64,000 nucleotides of DNA from a virus. Its lineage: Duplodnaviria; Heunggongvirae; Uroviricota; Caudoviricetes. The notes beneath the pieces are model-generated. The model had not been told where the DNA came from and did no database searches. It worked only from the letters and a program-made list of their open reading frames with translations. The position numbers and the translations under genes are program-made. Every line of letters starts with the position of its first letter. Within the stretch, counting starts at the first letter, position 1. The stretch spans positions 82,407-146,406 of the IMG/VR virus record IMGVR_UViG_3300012269_000002; one strand, 5' to 3'. Positions 28,942 through 38,437 of this stretch are shown here, piece by piece.

Positions 28942-29752
28942 TGCGGGGTGGAGCAGTGGCCAGCTCGCTGGGCTCACACAGTTTTAAAAGACTGAAAAAT
29001 ATTCGAACTAAAATTAATTTTTAGGGATTAGGTTCGTTTATATCTTTTCATACTATTTATTAGTGTGGATAAATATAATAAGAAAGATTTAGAAAGATTA
29101 ATTTTAGAGCAGAATAAAAGTTATACTGCTATTGGTAAATTGTATAACGTTTCTGGAAACGCTATTAAAAAAGCGGCAAAGAAATTGGAAATTTCCTTAC
29201 CAACACGAAGAAAAGTTAATAAAAATGAAAATTTTAGTCACGTTGGCTATAGAAAAGATAGTTTAATTAATAAAATATCTGACATTAATTTTATTTTTAT
29301 TATAAATAATTCTAAAGGGTGGAAGGAAATTGGTGAAAAATTAGGATACAAAAGTAAAGTTTCTTCAGATGTGAAGGATTCTATTGAAAGACGATGCTCA
29401 ATGTTAGGTGTGGAGCTAAAATTAATCAAATCAATAGGTATATCTTCTTTAACAAAAGATGAACTCTTTAACAAACGTAAAAATTGGCAATCCGCAAGGA
29501 GTGCCATCCAAAAACACGCTAGGAGTGTGTTTTTTGAATCTAACCCTTCACCAAGTTGTGCAAATTGTGGTTATTTAAATCATGTTGAAGTGGCTCACAT
29601 AAAAGCCGTTTCAGAATTTGATGGATTTACAACAATAGGAGAAATAAATTTATTATCAAACCTAATGGGATTATGCCCTAACCATCATTGGGAGTATGAT
29701 AATAAATAATTAATATAACCCAGAGGTCGGAGGTTCGAATCCTCCCCCCGCT
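28942..29752 (+). tRNA. initiator tRNA-Met (anticodon CAT) interrupted in the anticodon loop by a 738-bp insertion carrying an HNH endonuclease gene (exon 1 28942-28976, exon 2 29715-29752)
   Basis: The 5' half carries the acceptor, a D-arm with an A11:U24 pair, and the anticodon stem CTGGG plus loop start CTCA. The 3' half at 29715 continues the loop (TAA), then CCCAG, AGGTC, T-arm GGAGG TTCGAAT CCTCC and acceptor CCCCGCT plus A. Joined, the loop reads CTCATAA. Three G-C pairs close the anticodon stem and position 1:72 is unpaired; both are initiator hallmarks. Confidence 0.6.
29065..29709 (+). CDS. HNH homing endonuclease (N-terminal HTH) encoded inside the tRNA-fMet insertion
   Basis: C-terminal HNH motifs: CANCGYLNHVEVAHIKAV and LMGLCPNHHWEYD. 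The N-terminus has an HTH (TAIGKLYNVSGNAIKKAAKKL). The ORF fills almost the whole insertion. Confidence 0.7.
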   Translation: MDKYNKKDLERLILEQNKSYTAIGKLYNVSGNAIKKAAKKLEISLPTRRKVNKNENFSHVGYRKDSLINKISDINFIFIINNSKGWKEIGEKLGYKSKVSSDVKDSIERRCSMLGVELKLIKSIGISSLTKDELFNKRKNWQSARSAIQKHARSVFFESNPSPSCANCGYLNHVEVAHIKAVSEFDGFTTIGEINLLSNLMGLCPNHHWEYDNK

Positions 29753-29828
29753 AAACAACCGAAGTTAATCTACTTGCACGTAGTGGTTGTTGCACACCTA
29801 AATTAGGTGACTAAAAGATTAACGCATG

Positions 29829-29880
29829 CGTCACAGATAATATCTTATTAATTATAATTAATAAGATATTATCTGTGACG
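29829..29880. repeat. 52-bp perfect palindrome (cgtcacagataatatcttattaatta | taattaataagatattatctgtgacg)
   Basis: Direct reading. The right arm is the exact reverse complement of the left, with no spacer. A 10-bp palindrome acgcatgcgt lies on its left edge and a T-run on the right. It sits 77 nt downstream of the tRNA-fMet 3' end. Confidence 0.85.
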
Positions 29881-29948
29881 TTTTAGGTTTAACGTATTTT
29901 TATCTTGCCTCCAAAGACTCATCATATTCATGGTGGGTCTTTTTTTTG

Positions 29949-29980
29949 CTTGAACTTATGGAAAAAAAATACTATATTTG
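29949..29980 (+). promoter_or_regulatory. promoter (ttgaac ... tatatttg) upstream of the dNMP kinase-like gene
   Basis: tatatttg at 29973-29980, 17 nt before the ATG at 29997. Confidence 0.45.
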
Positions 29981-29996
29981 TTTTAAATAAATAAAT

Positions 29997-31016
29997 ATGG
30001 AAAAAATTAATTTCAATAAAGTACCTAACTTAATAGGTCTTAGTGGTAAGGTGGGTTCTGGAAAGGATACCGTAGAAAGAATTATACAAGCATTCATGAC
30101 CAGGGGTAGGTATCCAAACACGAATGAAATACATGGTAGTTTAGGATATGAAATGTTAAATGACCTTGAATTAATAAAAAGAGTAGTCAATGGGTCGGAG
30201 TGGTATGGTGAAGAGACATACTTAAATAAAAAATTCGCAGATAAACTTAAAGACATTGCTTGCCTTATATTAGGGTGTACTAGAAAAAGGTTAGAGGATA
30301 GAGAATTTAAGGAGAAGGAATTGGCTGATATTTGGGATGTTTTTAAAATTGGCCACACCAATGAAATAAATGACGGCACCTCTTTGGTCGATAGTGGGAT
30401 ATTTGTTAGTGAAAAAGAAGCCAACAAATTTATTAAAAAACATAAATTAAATAACACTACACACGTATATAGGGTAAAAATGACCCCAAGGTTATTATTA
30501 CAGTTATTGGGTACTGAATGTGGTAGGGAAATCATTCACCCAAATATTTGGGTAAATAGTTTATTCAGTGATTTTACACCAATACATACCGACCACGCAA
30601 TAGGTGGCTTTGAATACCCTAGGTGGATTATAACCGATGTTAGGTTTAATAACGAAGTTGACACCATAGAAAAATTTAAGGGTGTTAGAATTAGGGTAAA
30701 TAGAAGCAAAAGAACTTCTGAGGAATGGCAAAAACAATTCCCTAAAATTATTATAATGGACCCAGACGGTTGGGATAGAAAAAACTTTACATACTCTTGG
30801 GGTGAAGAATTAATAACACTAAGTGAATTTAATAATAGAGTATTTTCCAGCACATGCATTCAACAATTAGGTGATTTTAACAGTAAACCACATAAATCCG
30901 AAATAGAGTTGGATAAGTATAAAAAATGGGATTATGTCATTGAAAATGATGGTACGTTATTAGATTTAGTTAAAAAAGTTTATGATATGTTATTGGATTT
31001 AGGTAAAAATACTTGA
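29997..31016 (+). CDS. deoxynucleoside monophosphate kinase-like P-loop protein (T4 gp1-like N-terminal domain) with C-terminal extension
   Basis: VPNLIGLSGKVGSGKDTVERII resembles the T4 gp1 dNMP kinase motif LIFLSGVKRSGKDT. Confidence 0.5.
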   Translation: MEKINFNKVPNLIGLSGKVGSGKDTVERIIQAFMTRGRYPNTNEIHGSLGYEMLNDLELIKRVVNGSEWYGEETYLNKKFADKLKDIACLILGCTRKRLEDREFKEKELADIWDVFKIGHTNEINDGTSLVDSGIFVSEKEANKFIKKHKLNNTTHVYRVKMTPRLLLQLLGTECGREIIHPNIWVNSLFSDFTPIHTDHAIGGFEYPRWIITDVRFNNEVDTIEKFKGVRIRVNRSKRTSEEWQKQFPKIIIMDPDGWDRKNFTYSWGEELITLSEFNNRVFSSTCIQQLGDFNSKPHKSEIELDKYKKWDYVIENDGTLLDLVKKVYDMLLDLGKNT

Positions 31017-31084
31017 TTATTAAATAAAAGAAGTTTATATTTGCACCAGATTAATAAAATTATTAATAATAAAAAAGAAAAATT

Positions 31085-31489
31085 ATGACAACATTAGGTA
31101 TTTTAACTATTATTTTTGCAGTTGCGATGTATGTAACAACTAGGTTTATGAACCTAAGAACAGAGGACGTTGAACGAAAAACTACTTATGGTAGTACCAT
31201 CGAAAAAGCACATCCAAAATTCTTAACTTCATGGACCCTTAAAAAAACAGTACTTTCAATTGTTGGTGGAATATTGATTATGACTATTAGTGGTCTATTC
31301 TTCATCAATAAATCTGGTACTGCAACTGCCGTACAATATCTTTGGGGTGGTGATAATGCAATCTCGACACAGGGACTTAAATTAAAGTATTGGGGTAAAA
31401 CTATACCCATTTCATTTGAAATAGCCCTACAGGATTTAATTCCACAAAGAGATAGGGAAGGGAATATTATCGAAACCGTAAGGGAATAA
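31085..31489 (+). CDS. membrane protein (two TM helices)
   Basis: Hydrophobic segments; tatatttg at 31036-31043. Confidence 0.35.
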   Translation: MTTLGILTIIFAVAMYVTTRFMNLRTEDVERKTTYGSTIEKAHPKFLTSWTLKKTVLSIVGGILIMTISGLFFINKSGTATAVQYLWGGDNAISTQGLKLKYWGKTIPISFEIALQDLIPQRDREGNIIETVRE

Positions 31490-31603
31490 GGTATTTATTA
31501 CAGAACGGCACAAAGGAGAGAATTTGCCGATGCGATTAAAGCTGATATTGCAGCATCATTAATCGTATCAATAGATTACGCAGATACAGAGGGCTTTTTA
31601 ATT

Positions 31604-32515
31604 ATGGCCGATAAAAACAGGTCCGAAGCTAAGTTAGTTTATGCCCGTGTATACCCAGTATATGACCAAGCTTTAAAAAACACATGTAAGTTAATGGATG
31701 CCCAAGATTATATTTCAGGTGCTTCCTCACAATTCGATTACTACTTAAAAGACCAAATGGAGAATGGAATGTACTTAACAGAAGAAGTTTATGAAGATAT
31801 AATCGAAACACCTATCGTTACTTCGGATTCCACTAGAACAGTAGCAATTGGAAGAATAAATAATGAAAAACGTGAAAAGAAATATAGAATTAGGACCAAC
31901 TCAGCTGGTGAACCTGTAAGGGACACATCAAACTCACTTAAAAAATACGGTATAACCGTACAGCAAGCGGCAGTTACCAATATCGATTGGGAAGATAGTT
32001 TTGACGAAAGACTTAATGACCAAAAAGAGCAAGTTGCGCAAACCCAATTAGAGAAACAAGAAGCTGAAAAAGAATACTACGCAACCCAAAAAGCAATTGC
32101 AAAGGGTGAACGTGAAAAAGCTGAAACTAGGGTTATATTAGAAAAGAAACAACTTGAAGTTACCATTGCGGCAGATACTAGAGCTAAAGAAGCCTCCTAT
32201 AAAGAACAAGAGGAAACCAATCTACTTGCCGCATCATTAAAGTCTGCCGAAAGGATTAGAGTAACAGCCGATGCAGAAGCGTATGAAATCCAAAGAAAAG
32301 TTAGTGCTGGTATTACTCCAGAAACACGCTTACAAATGGAATTGGATGCGAGTGTTGCTAGAGTTAAAGCACTATCAGGACCAAACGGATTAACCCTACC
32401 GACTACTATGTTCAACGGTGGTACACAAACTAAAGGTGGTGGAGAGTTAGGTATATTTGAATCAATTATAGGTGCAAAACTATTAAGTGGTGAAATAGGT
32501 TCCGAAAAAAAATAA
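31604..32515 (+). CDS. coiled-coil protein, possibly SPFH/band-7-like C-terminal region
   Basis: A long Ala/Glu/Lys-rich coiled coil (…AEKEYYATQKAIAKGEREKAE…ADAEAYEIQRKVSAG) resembles SPFH-family C-termini. The N-terminal domain is unassigned. Confidence 0.3.
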   Translation: MADKNRSEAKLVYARVYPVYDQALKNTCKLMDAQDYISGASSQFDYYLKDQMENGMYLTEEVYEDIIETPIVTSDSTRTVAIGRINNEKREKKYRIRTNSAGEPVRDTSNSLKKYGITVQQAAVTNIDWEDSFDERLNDQKEQVAQTQLEKQEAEKEYYATQKAIAKGEREKAETRVILEKKQLEVTIAADTRAKEASYKEQEETNLLAASLKSAERIRVTADAEAYEIQRKVSAGITPETRLQMELDASVARVKALSGPNGLTLPTTMFNGGTQTKGGGELGIFESIIGAKLLSGEIGSEKK

Positions 32516-32640
32516 GATAATTATAATATAAATTTAGAAACCCAATCAAATGATTGGGTTTTTTGTGTTTTGAATATATTTATCGTATATAGTTACATTT
32601 ATGGATAATAAAAAATACATAGTTAAATTACTTAGAGAAG
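32497..32640 (+). repeat. copy 1 of an ~145-bp direct repeat (3' flank, terminator hairpin, promoter-like leader and first ~13 codons)
   Basis: It matches 33757-33890 almost base for base: ttccgaaaaaaa..ttagaaacccaatcaaatgattgggtttttt.gtgttttga.tatatttatcgtatatagttacatttatg.a.aataaaaa.ta.atagtta. Confidence 0.75.
32538..32566 (+). terminator. rho-independent terminator (aacccaatc/gattgggtt)
   Basis: 9-bp stem plus T-run; lies within the repeated cassette. Confidence 0.6.
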
Positions 32641-33746
32641 GTCCAATCAATGAAGTTGATTGGGAGGGTGATTTTTCGGATACACAAGCTAAGTGTGTTA
32701 CACCACAATCGTTAGCTGATGATATGAATAAGGAATTGGGTAGACTAAACCTAGCATCCAAGGATAGGGATAAGCGTGGAACCAAGGATGTTATTTATAC
32801 TAGGAACCAAATGGAAAAAAATCTAACTGCCGATGGTGAGTTAGATGTTGCAAAATTTAAAAAGTTAATCACCACCCCACCAAAGACTATATTTGACCAA
32901 AACCCAAAGATGGAGAAATCGGATGATGGTGGTGAACAAATGACAGTAAATACTGGGTTACCAGCAATTAATGGAATTATATATGATAATGATAATGGAA
33001 AATTCTACCATATAAACACATGTCCAGGTGCTGGCTCATGTCAATTGATATGTTATGCCAGAAAAGGGTTTTATGGTATGAACGATGGTAAGGTATTAAA
33101 ATTAATTAGAAGACTTAATCTTTTAATGAACGACCCCACCGAATATTATAATATGATAATGGATGAATTGGAACCATTGGCATTCAAACTCAAAAGACAA
33201 GGTAGGCGTAGCGGTTCGGTACCAAAATTAGTTATGAGATGGAACGATGCTGGGGATTTCTTTAGTCAAAAGTATTTTGATATAGCAGTAAAGGTTACTA
33301 AAGATTTGTTCGATGCTGGATTCGATGTAAAATCATACGCATATACTAAACAGGCAAAATTCGTAAACCTGGCCAGTGATGATTTTATTATGAACTTCTC
33401 AAAGGGTTCAGCACCAAAAGAGTTAAGACAAGTTGATTTGGAAACAACCAAGTATTCCGATGTCATACCTAAAAAATTATTTAAGGGTTTATTTTACCCA
33501 AAAGCGAACTCATATAAGAAAGATGAAGATGGGTTACCCATTTTCGTTGATGGTGGTAAAGAAGAACTTAGACGTAGAGTTGCTAAAGAATATGATATAG
33601 ACATAAATCGCTTAAAATACCATAAAGAACTACCATCTACCGAGGGTGAAAAGTTTCAATATGATGTTATCGTGTTACCAACGGGTGATACTGATATCAG
33701 TGCACAAAGACAGGATGTACATAAAACATTTCTAGCAATACATTAA
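32601..33746 (+). CDS. hypothetical protein (N-terminus MDNKKYIVKLLREG paralogous to ORF 33848)
   Basis: ORF; it shares leader and N-terminus with the next gene through the direct repeat, then diverges. Confidence 0.4.
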   Translation: MDNKKYIVKLLREGPINEVDWEGDFSDTQAKCVTPQSLADDMNKELGRLNLASKDRDKRGTKDVIYTRNQMEKNLTADGELDVAKFKKLITTPPKTIFDQNPKMEKSDDGGEQMTVNTGLPAINGIIYDNDNGKFYHINTCPGAGSCQLICYARKGFYGMNDGKVLKLIRRLNLLMNDPTEYYNMIMDELEPLAFKLKRQGRRSGSVPKLVMRWNDAGDFFSQKYFDIAVKVTKDLFDAGFDVKSYAYTKQAKFVNLASDDFIMNFSKGSAPKELRQVDLETTKYSDVIPKKLFKGLFYPKANSYKKDEDGLPIFVDGGKEELRRRVAKEYDIDINRLKYHKELPSTEGEKFQYDVIVLPTGDTDISAQRQDVHKTFLAIH

Positions 33747-33756
33747 TATGAAATTA

Positions 33757-33890
33757 GTTCCGAAAAAAATAATATAAAGTTAGAAACCCAATCAAATGAT
33801 TGGGTTTTTTCGTGTTTTGAGTATATTTATCGTATATAGTTACATTTATGAACAATAAAAAGTATATAGTTAAGTTACTTAACGAGGGAT
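33757..33890 (+). repeat. copy 2 of the ~145-bp direct repeat
   Basis: See copy 1. Confidence 0.75.
33784..33811 (+). terminator. rho-independent terminator (second copy)
   Basis: Same hairpin as 32538. Confidence 0.6.
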
Positions 33891-35356
33891 ATAGTAAAAG
33901 AATTCTTTTAGAAGAACTTTCTTTATTAATTGAAAAGGAAATTTCGGTAGGTACTAAACTTAAAAAAAAATTAGATAATATTAATAAACCATTTGCTGAT
34001 AAGTTATTACAATTCTTAAACTCAAATAGTATATCAGATAAGGTAACTATAGACTCTATAGACTTCACCGATGACGATGATAAAACTTTAACGGGTTACT
34101 ATAAAGATAGAGATGGTAATGCTAAGGTTAGAAAATTCAAGGTCGGTAAATTATTGAACTATTTAGGTATTGGTACACAAGAATTCAAGGGTTATGAATT
34201 AGAGGAATTAATCGCCCACTTAAAGAAGGGTACAACCGAAGACTTTAAGGTTGTTGAGGGTGATAAAATATTATGGGCCTATCACTGTGAAAATTATGAT
34301 GAAGGTGAAACAATGGGTTCATGTATGCGATATGAGGCAGCACAAGCCTACCTTAAGATATATACTGAAAACCCAGAACATGTTAAGTGTCTGGTATTAA
34401 TTAATCCAAATAACAATAAGGTTCGTGGTAGAGCATTATTATGGCACACATCGGAAGATGTTACATTTATGGATAGGGTTTATTTAACAAATAATGAATA
34501 TAAAAACTTATTCTTACAATATGCGGAAGAAAATGGTTTCACAACCAACACCAATGGTGAGGTGGATTTAGATTATTGGGAGTTTGAAAAATATCCGTTT
34601 ATGGATACATTTGAGTATCTAAACAAAGATAATGGTAAATTAATGACCGATAGTGACGATAATTATGAAACCGTAGCGTTAACCGATACTGATGGGGGTG
34701 TTTCAGAACCTGGTGTAATGATTGAACTTGGAGACCGTCAGGGTGAAATTGTAAATGAAGATGAAGCTTACTATCTATCTTATAAGACACCAAATGGTTA
34801 TATAGAGGGTTATGCCCACGCTGATAATATAATACATATAGATGGTGAACTCTACTTAGATGACGATTGTGTAAAGACATACAATAATGAAACGGTGTTT
34901 AAATATAATGATGATGAAATGATAGTTGAATTAACCGCAGGAGTTTATGAGGGTGATTATGCTAAATTTGAAGATACCATAGAGTTAGAATATAATCATT
35001 ACGGTGAAGGTCAATATATAACTATGGAAGATGATTATGTTGATATAGATAATGAACTTTATGAAGTACCACATGCATTTCATGACGACACCATAGAAAC
35101 CTATGACGGTAAGATAATAATAAAGGATGATGCGGTGACCCTACACGAAAAATTCTACGATGAATATAAATATGGGCATCGAGAAGACTCAGTTAGGGTT
35201 AACACAAAAAACGATAGTAAAGTTTGGGTTTTAGTTAATGATTTGGATAAATTACAGTCTGAAATAATTGAAACTATAAACACCAAAGTTTATGAGGGGT
35301 TAATAGGTAAGTTGGTTAGAAAAAAATTAAGAAATAAAGATGAAATACTTAATTAA
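33848..35356 (+). CDS. hypothetical acidic protein (N-terminus MNNKKYIVKLLNEG)
   Basis: ORF paralogous at the N-terminus to ORF 32601. Confidence 0.4.
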   Translation: MNNKKYIVKLLNEGYSKRILLEELSLLIEKEISVGTKLKKKLDNINKPFADKLLQFLNSNSISDKVTIDSIDFTDDDDKTLTGYYKDRDGNAKVRKFKVGKLLNYLGIGTQEFKGYELEELIAHLKKGTTEDFKVVEGDKILWAYHCENYDEGETMGSCMRYEAAQAYLKIYTENPEHVKCLVLINPNNNKVRGRALLWHTSEDVTFMDRVYLTNNEYKNLFLQYAEENGFTTNTNGEVDLDYWEFEKYPFMDTFEYLNKDNGKLMTDSDDNYETVALTDTDGGVSEPGVMIELGDRQGEIVNEDEAYYLSYKTPNGYIEGYAHADNIIHIDGELYLDDDCVKTYNNETVFKYNDDEMIVELTAGVYEGDYAKFEDTIELEYNHYGEGQYITMEDDYVDIDNELYEVPHAFHDDTIETYDGKIIIKDDAVTLHEKFYDEYKYGHREDSVRVNTKNDSKVWVLVNDLDKLQSEIIETINTKVYEGLIGKLVRKKLRNKDEILN

Positions 35357-36308
35357 AAAATTATTAAGGGAAAATGTTGATAAACCCAAATTTAGATATG
35401 AGGTTGAACATTTAAGTTCATATGGGGAACAACACAACTATGAACTTGGATTTTATTTAGGTGAAGAGATACTAGGTATAACACAATATACCCTTTTTGA
35501 GGGTGAATTAACCGTAAGTAATATATTTATTAGACCAGAATTTAGAAGAAAGGGTTACGCTTCTAGAATGATGCAATATATAAAAAATGATAACCCAGAA
35601 TATCAATATAAACCATCAATGAAAACTGATTTAGGTGCCAAATTTAAACACAAGGATATTCAGGGTGATTTGACTAGCGTTAATGAAACACTGATTACCG
35701 AAAAATCAATAAAGGCAATTTCATCATCTGACTTTAATATTGAAGGTATAGCTGAAAATTGGTTAAATAGCACACCAAGTACTGTTGTTGGAAATTTTAA
35801 GTATAAAATGCAAGACGACTATTATCTATCACCAGAAGAAAAAGAAGAACTAATGGATGAGGATGATATAATAGAAACGGAACGATTTAAAAAATGGTTG
35901 TTATATGAGGTCGAAAGTAAAATTGATGATGCAATCTATGATATAAAACATAAAATTACACCAGATGGTTACATTAGACTTTGGCGAGTAATGACGGTAG
36001 ATGATGATTGGTTAGATAGATTACCTCACACTGGTAACAGACTAGGTGTGTTCTGGTCATTTGAAAAAGATGCTGCCGAGGCACATTGGGGCGGTAAAGA
36101 ATCCAATGTTGTTAGAATTGAGTCGGCCATTGGTGAAAAATATATAAACTGGGAACAAACCATAGAGTCGAATATAGACCCTAACCTAGGTGAAGAAGAA
36201 AAAGAAATTACCCTTTTCAAAAATACTCCATTAAAGATATTGGCATTAGAGGTTAATGATAAAAAAGTTGATTTAGGTGATATAATAAACAAAACCTATA
36301 AAGCTTAA
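35340..36308 (+). CDS. hypothetical protein with N-terminal GNAT-like acetyltransferase fold (weak)
   Basis: FIRPEFRRKGYASRMMQYI resembles GNAT motif A (R/Q-x-x-G-x-A). Confidence 0.3.
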   Translation: MKYLIKKLLRENVDKPKFRYEVEHLSSYGEQHNYELGFYLGEEILGITQYTLFEGELTVSNIFIRPEFRRKGYASRMMQYIKNDNPEYQYKPSMKTDLGAKFKHKDIQGDLTSVNETLITEKSIKAISSSDFNIEGIAENWLNSTPSTVVGNFKYKMQDDYYLSPEEKEELMDEDDIIETERFKKWLLYEVESKIDDAIYDIKHKITPDGYIRLWRVMTVDDDWLDRLPHTGNRLGVFWSFEKDAAEAHWGGKESNVVRIESAIGEKYINWEQTIESNIDPNLGEEEKEITLFKNTPLKILALEVNDKKVDLGDIINKTYKA

Positions 36309-36340
36309 AAATAATATTTGTTTATTATATTATTTATATG

Positions 36341-36348
36341 TATATTTG
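36341..36348 (+). promoter_or_regulatory. TAnnTTTG promoter element upstream of the CCA-adding enzyme gene
   Basis: tatatttg 18 nt before the ATG at 36366. Confidence 0.4.
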
Positions 36349-36365
36349 TATAAATATAAAATATT

Positions 36366-37478
36366 ATGAGAGTTAAATTTAACTTACAGGTTCCAAAAGA
36401 CATTATAAAAATCAAGGATATATTTGTAAGCAATGGTTATAAACTATTTGTTGTCGGTGGTGCCGTTCGTGACTCATTACTTAAAAAGTCAATAAAAGAT
36501 TGGGATTTAGCTACCGATGCTAAACCAGATATAGTCGAGAATATGATGAAGACCGCTGGTCTTAGAACATTAGGGACTGGAAAAAGCTTTGGGGTCATAA
36601 ATGTATTCACCGATTCAGATGAATATGAAATCGCTACATTTAGGTCTGATTTAGGTTCGGATGGCCGCAGACCAAATTCTGTTGAATTCACGAATATTGA
36701 TACCGATGTTATGCGTAGGGATTTAACAATCAATGCATTATTTTATGATATCGAAACTGGTGAGGTTGTTGACCTTGTTGGCGGTATTGATGACTTGAAG
36801 AACCGAGTTGTTAGGACCGTTGGTTCAGCCAATGATAGATTCGGTGAAGATAGACTTAGAATACTTAGAGCAATTAGGTTCGCTGGTAGATTTAATTCAG
36901 ATTTGGATGCTGATGCTGAAAAATCACTCGCAAATGATGCCAGCTTAGAGGGAATATCATCTGAGAGGATTAGAGACGAGTTTTTAAAGGGTATTAAGAC
37001 CGCTAAATCGATTAAATACTTCCTAGGGCTACTAAATCAATACAATCTATTAGATTGGATATTTAAGGATATACAGAATGTTGATACTGACTTTCAAGAG
37101 GAAAGGGACCCAACTGTTCTATTGGCATACATGTTAAGAAATAATGACCCCAAACAATTGAACGGTAAGTTGAATAAATTGACGTACTCCATCAATGAGA
37201 TTAGGGGAATTGTTTTCTTAGTAAATCTAACAATGTTAAATGTTAACAATGTATATGAACTTAAGAAGATGCAGAATAATTCTGGTGTTAATGACGAACA
37301 GATTAGAAAATTCTCAAACTTAGTTGGTTTAAACACTGAATTATTTGAGTCATTTATAAAATTCGAATTATCAATTGGTGGTGCCGAGGTTCAAAAGTTA
37401 GGTATTGAAGCTGGTCCAGAAATGGGTAGAATGATTAAAAAATTAGAATTACAGAATTTTTTAAAGTATTTGAATTAA
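36366..37478 (+). CDS. cca: tRNA nucleotidyltransferase (CCA-adding enzyme), polymerase beta superfamily
   Basis: Head-domain motifs are FVVGGAVRDSLL, DWDLAT and RRDLTINALFYD. No tRNA gene in the window encodes CCA except tRNA-Ser(TGA). Confidence 0.75.
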   Translation: MRVKFNLQVPKDIIKIKDIFVSNGYKLFVVGGAVRDSLLKKSIKDWDLATDAKPDIVENMMKTAGLRTLGTGKSFGVINVFTDSDEYEIATFRSDLGSDGRRPNSVEFTNIDTDVMRRDLTINALFYDIETGEVVDLVGGIDDLKNRVVRTVGSANDRFGEDRLRILRAIRFAGRFNSDLDADAEKSLANDASLEGISSERIRDEFLKGIKTAKSIKYFLGLLNQYNLLDWIFKDIQNVDTDFQEERDPTVLLAYMLRNNDPKQLNGKLNKLTYSINEIRGIVFLVNLTMLNVNNVYELKKMQNNSGVNDEQIRKFSNLVGLNTELFESFIKFELSIGGAEVQKLGIEAGPEMGRMIKKLELQNFLKYLN

Positions 37479-37542
37479 AATATTGGGTAATAAGTTGTCT
37501 TAATACATTTTACCCAATATTTATTTCTTAAACACTAACAAT

Positions 37543-37737
37543 ATGGACAAAAAAATAGTTTGCAATAAATGTGGCTGGAATTGGAAGGAATCCGAAACGG
37601 AGGAACACGATAAGTATGTCTGCCATGAATGTGGTAATGATATGACAAGTATGTTAAGTGAAAATATTAGAGGTGTTATTAAAACATTATTAAATAATAT
37701 TTTAAAAATTAAACCCAATTATGAGAAAAAAAGATAA
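37543..37737 (+). CDS. small zinc-ribbon protein
   Basis: CNKCGW ... CHECGN, two CxxC pairs. Confidence 0.35.
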   Translation: MDKKIVCNKCGWNWKESETEEHDKYVCHECGNDMTSMLSENIRGVIKTLLNNILKIKPNYEKKR

Positions 37738-38437
37738 ATTAAAAAATATTCTAAAGGCCAATATTTTAACAGAGCAACGTTATCTAAATAATAAATCACC
37801 TCTCATTAATGAGAATAATGCTTTAGGTGAATATGATTATGGTAAGTTGGACCGTGATTATAGTGGTATGGGGCAAGATAGAAAAGATAAGTTAACCAAT
37901 TGGGGTAAAGAAAGGCAAATTGGTAACGGAATAATAGTCAAATCAAGGGATAATGATAGCGAACTATCGATTATGCCAAATGATATTGTATTTTACAACT
38001 ATCCTATTTATAAAGAGTACCAAAAAAAGATGGAAGCATATTCAAGGCAAAATGAACCCAATGATTACCCATTTTCAACGTTTTTAAAATCGAATCAAAT
38101 GCTACACTATTTTGATTTGAGTGCCAAGAATTCAGTTTTTATCAATATAGATAATAATCCGACAACGGATATTAAAATACACGTAACGGGTGAATTAAAA
38201 CCAATGAACGATAAAGATTTCCCACCATTATCATTTGATATTAAACATATTAACCTATCTAACGATAACGGTGATAGAAAACTATTACCAATAGATAGAA
38301 AAGGTACCAATATACTAACCAAAAAAATAAAAGAAGTGTTAATCAACAAATTTGGTAAGTACTCAATGCCAGGAAGAAATGAAGGTGATATATTCATTAA
38401 AGAGATAAATGTCCACCCAAATGTATTTTTATCTTAA
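37721..38437 (+). CDS. hypothetical protein
   Basis: ORF. Confidence 0.3.
   Translation: MRKKDKLKNILKANILTEQRYLNNKSPLINENNALGEYDYGKLDRDYSGMGQDRKDKLTNWGKERQIGNGIIVKSRDNDSELSIMPNDIVFYNYPIYKEYQKKMEAYSRQNEPNDYPFSTFLKSNQMLHYFDLSAKNSVFINIDNNPTTDIKIHVTGELKPMNDKDFPPLSFDIKHINLSNDNGDRKLLPIDRKGTNILTKKIKEVLINKFGKYSMPGRNEGDIFIKEINVHPNVFLS

Noticed and set aside
31604-32515. Band-7/SPFH assignment for ORF 31604, paired with membrane ORF 31085 as an NfeD-SPFH pair.
   Set aside because: Only the coiled-coil tail resembles SPFH proteins. The N-terminus lacks the TM and SPFH core motifs, and ORF 31085 lacks the NfeD OB-fold. It is kept only as a low-confidence note.
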